Positions 58,040-64,000 of a stretch of 64,000 bases of DNA are shown in pieces. Origin of the DNA: a virus. Below the pieces are notes generated by a model. The model worked only from the letters and a program-made list of their open reading frames with translations, was not told the origin of the DNA and did no database searches. How positions within the stretch are numbered: position 1 is the stretch's first letter; each line of letters starts with the position of its first letter. The stretch lies in the IMG/VR virus record IMGVR_UViG_3300027733_000034, positions 67,533 to 131,532 of that record, one strand, 5' to 3'. The position numbers and the translations under genes were made by a program.

Positions 58040-60610
58040 ATGTATCGAAATGTCTTTTATGATTCTGCTAGACAAGCTGTCCATTTATGGACTTGGGATG
58101 AAAATGGTAAGAGAATTAAGATAGAATCTAGCTATGAACCATATCTTTATGTAGAATCTATGACAGGAGTAGACGCTATTTCTATTTTTAATACACCTTT
58201 AAAGAAAATTAAGTTCAAAAATCAGTTTGATCGCAACCGTTTCGTTAATGAAACACCAATTAAGCGCCTATTTCATAACCTAAGTTGTGAACAAGACTTT
58301 CTTTTAACCACATTTAAGGATGAATTACACAAACCAGAGGCATTACATCGCTCTCTGAAGGTCTTTTGGCTGGATATTGAGACGTATAGTCCAGATAGAA
58401 TGCCGGATCCACACAATCCAGAGGACCCAATCAATCTAATCACCCTATGTGATTCACTTTCCAACCATTATTACTCGTGGGGCACAGGTCCTTACAAACC
58501 AAAAGACAGCAATGTTACCTATGTTCAGTGTAAAAGTGAGCGGGATCTATTACAAAAGTTCCTAAATTTTTGGTCATCAGACCATCCAGATGTGTTAGCT
58601 ACCTGGAATGGAGAGGGATTTGATGTTCCTTACATCATGAATCGACTAGGGAATCTCTTAGGAGAAGAGGAAACAAGCAGAATGTCACCAGTCAATTCTA
58701 TCTACTATAGGGAAAACGTAGCGATGAATAAGTTCGGGAAGATGATTAATAGATGGTACATCCGAGGCGTTAGTAACATTGATTATATGGAAGTGTATAA
58801 GACATTTTCCCGTGGAGATAGAGAATCTTATTCATTGAATTACATCGGCGAACATGAATTAGGTGAAGGGAAAACAGATGTAGGTGGTCAAAACCTAGCA
58901 AGTCTATCAGAAGAAAATTGGGAATTGTTTGTAGATTACAACATTCAGGACGTTAAATTGCTGGTTAAATTGGATGAAAAGCTTAAATTCATTAAATTGA
59001 TTAGAGCCCTTTCCTATAAAGGATTCATCCCATTTGAACAATCATTGGGTAAGGTGTCTATGATCACAGGAGCAGTGGCTCATCAAGCAGTAATACAGGG
59101 TTATAGAATTCCTACCTTCAAGAATGATGGCTTGAGAGATGAATATGTAGGTGGATATGTACACGAACCAGAAAGAGGTTTAAGTAATGCCGTAGTCAGT
59201 TATGATGCAAACAGTTTGTATCCAAATACAATCATCACTCTTAACATTTCACCAGAAACTAAAATAGGTCGCATTATTGAAGTGGTTGGTGGAGAGTATA
59301 CTATTCGTCTAGCAAACGAAAAAACCATAACCATAGACAAAGAAAAGTTTGATAGGCTTGTCCAAAAAGAACAATTAGCCATATCAAAGTATAATGTCCT
59401 CTATACTCAAAAGTTTAAAGGTGTTGTACCTAATTTAATTAACAGAGTTTACGGAGAACGTGTTTCTATTCGAGCAATGGTATCTAAATTAATGGATCAA
59501 GTTAATGAAACATCGAATCCAAATTCTAAAATAGAACTAGAAGCAGAGATTTTAAACCTAGACACTATTCAAAATGTGTTAAAGTTAATCCTAAACTCTA
59601 TCTATGGAGTCTTTGCTCAGAAATATTCTCCTCTATTTGACATTGAACACTCTGCTAGCATTACATTGACAGGCCAAGCAGTAGCAAAACAAGCATCAGA
59701 GATCGCATATCAATTTGCAAAAGACAAAGGAGTTACAGAAGATAAGAAAAAAATATACATTTATGGGGACACGGATAGCTGTTACTTTAGTATTGCTCCA
59801 ATTTTGTCCAAATTAAATGCTAAACTTTTAGAAAACAATAAGCTTACATCTAAAGCTCGAGAGGTTTTGGCGGAGATTGATGTATACCTCAATGCTAGAA
59901 TTATTGAATGGGCAGCAGCAGAACTCAAATCTACAGATCCGCGCTTTGTATTTAAGCAAGAAGCTGTGTGTGATGTAGCATTCTTTCAAGAAAAAAAGAG
60001 ATATATCCTACATGTTATAGAACAAGAAGGCAAGATTCCTAAGAAACCTTTCAAGTATGTAGGAGTAGAGGTGGCCCGCTCCACTATTTCTCGGCCAGTT
60101 AAAAATTTAATCATGCAAGTGATTGAAAATGCGATGTTAGCTCAAGATAAAAAGAAAGCAGATGAAATCTTTCGCAAGGCTTATGATGAATTTTGTACTT
60201 TTAAAATAGAAGATGCTTCGATTCGCAGTAAAATTTCAGATTATGAAAAGTATGAGGCTCGGATAGGAGAGATGGGACAGACTGGTAAAGGTACACCTAT
60301 TGGACCTAAAGCTGGTATTAGTTATAACAATCTTCTTAAGAAATTAAAATTGGAACACAAGTATGAACCAATTGGTAGTGGAAGAAAGATCAAATACTTT
60401 TATACTTCACGTAACAATTACAATTATAAAGTGATGGGATTTAATGAAAGTTATCCTCCAGAACTGAAAGAAGTAGTTGGATTGAATTACCAATTTATGT
60501 TTGAAAAAATACTTGCACCACCTATTCAACGGTTCTATGATGGAGTAGGTTGGATTCTACCAACACCAGGCAGAGAAGTTCAAACAGATTTATTTGATCT
60601 TTTCCAATAA
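58040..60610 (+). CDS. Family B DNA polymerase (gp43-like)
   Basis: Exonuclease LDIET, WNGEGFD, YNIQD; polymerase YDANSLYP, K.ILNS.YG, YGDTDS, KKRY; no intein seen. Confidence 0.97.
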   Translation: MYRNVFYDSARQAVHLWTWDENGKRIKIESSYEPYLYVESMTGVDAISIFNTPLKKIKFKNQFDRNRFVNETPIKRLFHNLSCEQDFLLTTFKDELHKPEALHRSLKVFWLDIETYSPDRMPDPHNPEDPINLITLCDSLSNHYYSWGTGPYKPKDSNVTYVQCKSERDLLQKFLNFWSSDHPDVLATWNGEGFDVPYIMNRLGNLLGEEETSRMSPVNSIYYRENVAMNKFGKMINRWYIRGVSNIDYMEVYKTFSRGDRESYSLNYIGEHELGEGKTDVGGQNLASLSEENWELFVDYNIQDVKLLVKLDEKLKFIKLIRALSYKGFIPFEQSLGKVSMITGAVAHQAVIQGYRIPTFKNDGLRDEYVGGYVHEPERGLSNAVVSYDANSLYPNTIITLNISPETKIGRIIEVVGGEYTIRLANEKTITIDKEKFDRLVQKEQLAISKYNVLYTQKFKGVVPNLINRVYGERVSIRAMVSKLMDQVNETSNPNSKIELEAEILNLDTIQNVLKLILNSIYGVFAQKYSPLFDIEHSASITLTGQAVAKQASEIAYQFAKDKGVTEDKKKIYIYGDTDSCYFSIAPILSKLNAKLLENNKLTSKAREVLAEIDVYLNARIIEWAAAELKSTDPRFVFKQEAVCDVAFFQEKKRYILHVIEQEGKIPKKPFKYVGVEVARSTISRPVKNLIMQVIENAMLAQDKKKADEIFRKAYDEFCTFKIEDASIRSKISDYEKYEARIGEMGQTGKGTPIGPKAGISYNNLLKKLKLEHKYEPIGSGRKIKYFYTSRNNYNYKVMGFNESYPPELKEVVGLNYQFMFEKILAPPIQRFYDGVGWILPTPGREVQTDLFDLFQ

Positions 60611-60617
60611 TATTTTT

Positions 60618-61466
60618 ATGAAAAAACCATTAATTGCTCACGAAGCTCCTTATATGATTATGAGAGAGGTACAGCAAATGACAGACTATGATTACTGTCT
60701 CGTACATCTCTTGGAAGAAGATCCCAAATACCTAGAATACTTTAGAGAAGCTAAAGAAAAGGGACGATACATCATTATGGATTGTAGCTTGTTTGAACTT
60801 GGACATGCGTTTAATCCAGAATTGTATTACAATTGGATTAAAGAAATTCAGCCAGATGAATACATTGTTCCAGATGTATGGCAAGATTATGAAGACAATC
60901 TAAGATCGTTTAAAGCATTTTCAGAATTATTTGACCTTACTAAATTAAAAGGCAAACGCATAGGTGTCTTACAAGGAAGAACCTATAGAGAATTTATAAA
61001 CGCATATCAATTTATGGAAAAAGAATGTGATAAAATTGCTGTAAGTTTTGGATATGATTATTTTTGGGATAACCATTCAGAAGATTGGAAAGATAATCCT
61101 TATTGGAAAAACACAGAATATACACTAGAGTTTGAAAAAACAGTAGCCAAACCAACCTCATATGCTAGTGGAAGAAATCATTTGATAAAAAGTTTAATCT
61201 CTAGTGGAGTGTGGAATAAAAACAAACCACATCATTTATTAGGTTGTGGTATTCCTATAGAATTTAAAACACATTTTGAAGGAGTGGAAAGCATTGATAC
61301 ATCTCATCCAGTTATGACTGGATTTTTCGGTAAATCTTATAAAAATATAGAATCAACTTACAGCAAAATTCATAACAAGATGGTAGATGTATATGATGCA
61401 GAAGTTGACCTTGTTCAAAGAATCTTAATTAAAGAAAATATAGAACTTTTTTCCACACTACTATGA
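60618..61466 (+). CDS. TGT-fold deazaguanine transglycosylase (DpdA-like)
   Basis: IMDCSLFE, PDVWQD, GVLQG, HHLLG, SIDTS motifs in TGT/DpdA order; que genes nearby. Confidence 0.68.
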   Translation: MKKPLIAHEAPYMIMREVQQMTDYDYCLVHLLEEDPKYLEYFREAKEKGRYIIMDCSLFELGHAFNPELYYNWIKEIQPDEYIVPDVWQDYEDNLRSFKAFSELFDLTKLKGKRIGVLQGRTYREFINAYQFMEKECDKIAVSFGYDYFWDNHSEDWKDNPYWKNTEYTLEFEKTVAKPTSYASGRNHLIKSLISSGVWNKNKPHHLLGCGIPIEFKTHFEGVESIDTSHPVMTGFFGKSYKNIESTYSKIHNKMVDVYDAEVDLVQRILIKENIELFSTLL

Positions 61467-62224
61467 AAGTAACCTTACAAGCAATAACCCAGCCATTAGT
61501 TCGCACCGAAGATAACTTACGATTCTTAACAGCTGAAGAATTTATCGTGTATTGTGCTCGCGTATCCAATCCAGACAACCAATTAAATTTAGATACAGCT
61601 CCAAAGTTGTTAAAATATTGTATAGATCATGAACATTGGTCTATCTTTGAACAGTGTTCGGTGACATTTGAAATTCAAACCAGCAGAGATATCTCTGCTC
61701 AAATTATTAGACACAAAAGTTTTGCCTTTCAAGAATTTAGCCAAAGATACAGCCCTGCGTTTGGATTAGAATCTTTTGATGTTCGCAAACAAGCTGATAA
61801 AAATAGACAATCTAGTACAGAAATTTTAGACTTAGAGCCACAAGAAAATGAAAGAATACGTAAACATTTGTTAGATAGTGTAGAATTATATACCTGGATG
61901 TTAGAAAAGGGTGCGGCTAGAGAAAGTGCTCGAAAGGTACTTCCTTTATGTACTCAGACAGTCTTGTATATGACCGGTTCTGTGAGGTCTTGGATTCATT
62001 ATATATTGTTGAGAACCAAATCAGATACTCAACAAGAACATCGAGAAATTGCAGAAAAAATTAAAGAAATTTTCTTTGATATGTTTCCATTTATTGCTGA
62101 TGCATTAACTCCAGTAGATGTAGAGGCAATAGAAAATTTAACAGAAGAGATTAAAAAAACACATGAAGAAAACTTTAAAGCAAAACAAACAAAAATTAAA
62201 AAACAAAAAGTTGAAAACCAGTAA
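61463..62224 (+). CDS. thyX: Flavin-dependent thymidylate synthase
   Basis: ARVS, HWSIFE, QIIRHKSF.FQEFSQRY, ARESARKVLP, QQEHR.IA. Confidence 0.95.
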   Translation: MKVTLQAITQPLVRTEDNLRFLTAEEFIVYCARVSNPDNQLNLDTAPKLLKYCIDHEHWSIFEQCSVTFEIQTSRDISAQIIRHKSFAFQEFSQRYSPAFGLESFDVRKQADKNRQSSTEILDLEPQENERIRKHLLDSVELYTWMLEKGAARESARKVLPLCTQTVLYMTGSVRSWIHYILLRTKSDTQQEHREIAEKIKEIFFDMFPFIADALTPVDVEAIENLTEEIKKTHEENFKAKQTKIKKQKVENQ

Positions 62225-62249
62225 AATTAGTTTAGTATAAATCAATCAT

Positions 62250-62633
62250 ATGAGTGAAACCAACAATAACATCACCGTGTTCCTCGACTTCGTGGGACGC
62301 ACTATCGTCGGAGAATTGGTAGAAAAAACAGACACTACCTGGAGAGTAAAAAACCCTGTAATTTTGAATGTTGTTCCAGAAAAGGATGGACGTTTGTCTA
62401 TTCAGCTCTTTCCTACATTTTTTAAAGAATTCCTGGCAGATAAATCTGAAGCTGTAATCTTTGACTATCATACAAATCAAATTACACCCACCAGTATTTC
62501 TGCTTTAGATTTTCGCCTTCAAGCTCAGTATTTGCAAATGTTTAATCCAGCGAATACTTTTGTACCTCCACAAGGTCAGCCAACTCCTCAGCAACAAAAC
62601 AATTCTCCAGTAATTAATCTATTTGAAGAATAA
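62250..62633 (+). CDS. Hypothetical protein (possibly Sm-like fold)
   Basis: GRTIVGELV...VKNPVIL pattern; 127 aa. Confidence 0.55.
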   Translation: MSETNNNITVFLDFVGRTIVGELVEKTDTTWRVKNPVILNVVPEKDGRLSIQLFPTFFKEFLADKSEAVIFDYHTNQITPTSISALDFRLQAQYLQMFNPANTFVPPQGQPTPQQQNNSPVINLFEE

Positions 62634-62634
62634 T

Positions 62635-63768
62635 ATGTCTAAAAAGAAGCTTAGTAATCCAGATGTAGCAGCTGCGTTTAAGGTTTTAGATGATCTTAAT
62701 CCAGATGCAACATTCCTTAATGAATCAGCTCTTTCCAATATTAGTTCTTTCATTGATACTGGCTCTATGGCTCTTAATGCAATCATTAGTGGCTCCCTCA
62801 AAAAAGGGGGAGTCCCTTCTGGTCGTATTATTGGTTTTAGTGGTCCTACCTCTTGTGGTAAAACCTATATCATTAATCGTATTTTAGCTAATGCTCAAAA
62901 GGCTGGTCGCTATGTAGTTATTTTTGATACAGAAAATGCTGTAGATGATAAGGGTGCTACCAACATGGGCATGGACACCTCCAAGGTAAAATATTGTCCG
63001 GTTGAAACTGTAGAACAATGCCGTAACCAAATTAGCCAATTCTTAGATTCTGTAATTGCTAAAAAATTAAATGGTCAATTTATTATCTCCATTGATTCAC
63101 TTGGTAATCTTGTTTCTACAAAAGAAATGGCAGACGTTGCTGCAGGCAAGGAAGCCATGGACATGGGAACTAGAGCCAAGGGATTAAAGAGTATGTTAAG
63201 AGTATTAACTCATAAAGCAGCTAAAGCAGATGTACCCATTCTTTTTTCCAATCATGTCTACGACAACCCAGCTGCCATGTTTCCATCTCTGGTCAAGCAA
63301 CAGTCTGGTGGTTCTGGTCCTTTGTATATGTCTTCTGTGCTTGTACAGATGTCTGTAAAGAATGAAAAAACCAGTGGAGGGTCTTCTGGTAGCCGGGATG
63401 CAGTGGAAGATACTTCCCCGATGTCCAAGGATATTAATGGAGTAACCCTCAGAGCATTAACCACTAAAAATCGAGTAGTTCCTCCGTTTATGGAAACAGA
63501 AATGTATTTAAACTTTAAAACCGGTTTAGCAAAACATTCCGGTCTACTAGACATGGCTGTTGGCTATGGTATTGTAATTCAAAATGGAGCAACATTTGCC
63601 TTGGCAGATGGTACTAAATTAGGATATTATAAGGTATGGAGAGATAATGAAGAAATTTGGGATAAAATTCTTCCTCTTCTAGAAGACAAACTTCAACAAG
63701 AATTGCAATATAAAAAAGAAGATACTTCTCCAGAAATAGAAGAAGACGAAGAGACCACAGAAGAATAA
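62635..63768 (+). CDS. uvsX: RecA/UvsX recombinase
   Basis: IDTGS.ALN, GPTSCGKT, DTENA, IDSLG, DMGTRA, NHVY, KNR. Confidence 0.95.
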   Translation: MSKKKLSNPDVAAAFKVLDDLNPDATFLNESALSNISSFIDTGSMALNAIISGSLKKGGVPSGRIIGFSGPTSCGKTYIINRILANAQKAGRYVVIFDTENAVDDKGATNMGMDTSKVKYCPVETVEQCRNQISQFLDSVIAKKLNGQFIISIDSLGNLVSTKEMADVAAGKEAMDMGTRAKGLKSMLRVLTHKAAKADVPILFSNHVYDNPAAMFPSLVKQQSGGSGPLYMSSVLVQMSVKNEKTSGGSSGSRDAVEDTSPMSKDINGVTLRALTTKNRVVPPFMETEMYLNFKTGLAKHSGLLDMAVGYGIVIQNGATFALADGTKLGYYKVWRDNEEIWDKILPLLEDKLQQELQYKKEDTSPEIEEDEETTEE

Positions 63769-63771
63769 AAA

Positions 63772-64000
63772 ATGAGTATTTTATTAGAAAAAAGTCAATT
63801 TGAATCCACCAAAGTAATTGAATTGGGCAGCTGTGCATTTAGACAATGGAAAGCAAATTCTCATTGTAAATTTATTCATGGATATCAATTAAAAGCCAAG
63901 CTTTGGTTTGGATGTAAGGAGCTGGATGACAAGAATTGGTCTGTAGATTTTGGAGGATTGAAAGATCTTAAAAAAATTCTACAAGAACAATTTGATCACA
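63772..64000 (+). CDS. queD: 6-carboxytetrahydropterin synthase QueD (partial; runs off the window)
   Basis: Translated by hand: MSILLEKSQFESTKVIELGSCAFRQWKANSHCKFIHGYQL...LDDKNWSVDFGGLKDLK..L...FDH, with C...HG and DF..LK...DH motifs. Confidence 0.88.
   Translation, partial: MSILLEKSQFESTKVIELGSCAFRQWKANSHCKFIHGYQLKAKLWFGCKELDDKNWSVDFGGLKDLKKILQEQFDH

Noticed and set aside
968-63838. Many short (60-150 aa) antisense or alternate-frame ORFs in the ORF track (e.g. 19755..20210, 23915..24232, 63258..63554)
   Set aside because: They lie wholly within well-supported genes and have no recognisable motifs; they are shadow ORFs
1-64000. Stop-codon reassignment, as seen in some large phages
   Set aside because: Core genes are full length in code 11, coding density is near complete, and TAA, TAG and TGA all end genes
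1-64000. tRNAs, CRISPR arrays, introns or inteins
   Set aside because: Intergenic gaps are under ~95 nt with no cloverleaf or repeat-spacer pattern seen; PolB, helicases, UvsX and capsid are uninterrupted

Overview
A 64-kb, AT-rich, very densely coding segment of a large T4-like (gp23-type capsid, contractile-tail) dsDNA phage. It uses the standard code, and I found no RNA genes, CRISPR arrays or mobile elements. The left ~40 kb is mostly minus strand: tail fibre and baseplate genes (RCC1 fibre, two giant PKD/beta-propeller proteins, gp6, gp25), clamp loader, dUTPase, a rearranged head module (gp15-portal-gp13-gp4-gp21-core-gp22-gp23), a DinG helicase, GroES and primase. The right ~23 kb is plus strand: UvsY, UvsW, gp55 sigma, gp47, gp46, PolB, ThyX and UvsX. 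Two accessory systems stand out. (1) A dispersed 7-deazaguanine DNA-modification pathway (QueC, class II glutamine amidotransferase, QueE, QueD, DpdA/TGT-like), whose queC operon also carries a glycosyltransferase and a DUF366-like protein. (2) A 10-kb island of ~11 glycosyltransferase-like genes and 2 methyltransferases that splits gp47 from gp46, with 3 more GTs elsewhere. The virion proteins are strongly enriched in an L-S-A/L-S-S (also L-C-A) tripeptide that could be a glycosylation sequon, suggesting a phage-encoded virion glycosylation system. All family calls come from motif recognition by eye; no searches were run.
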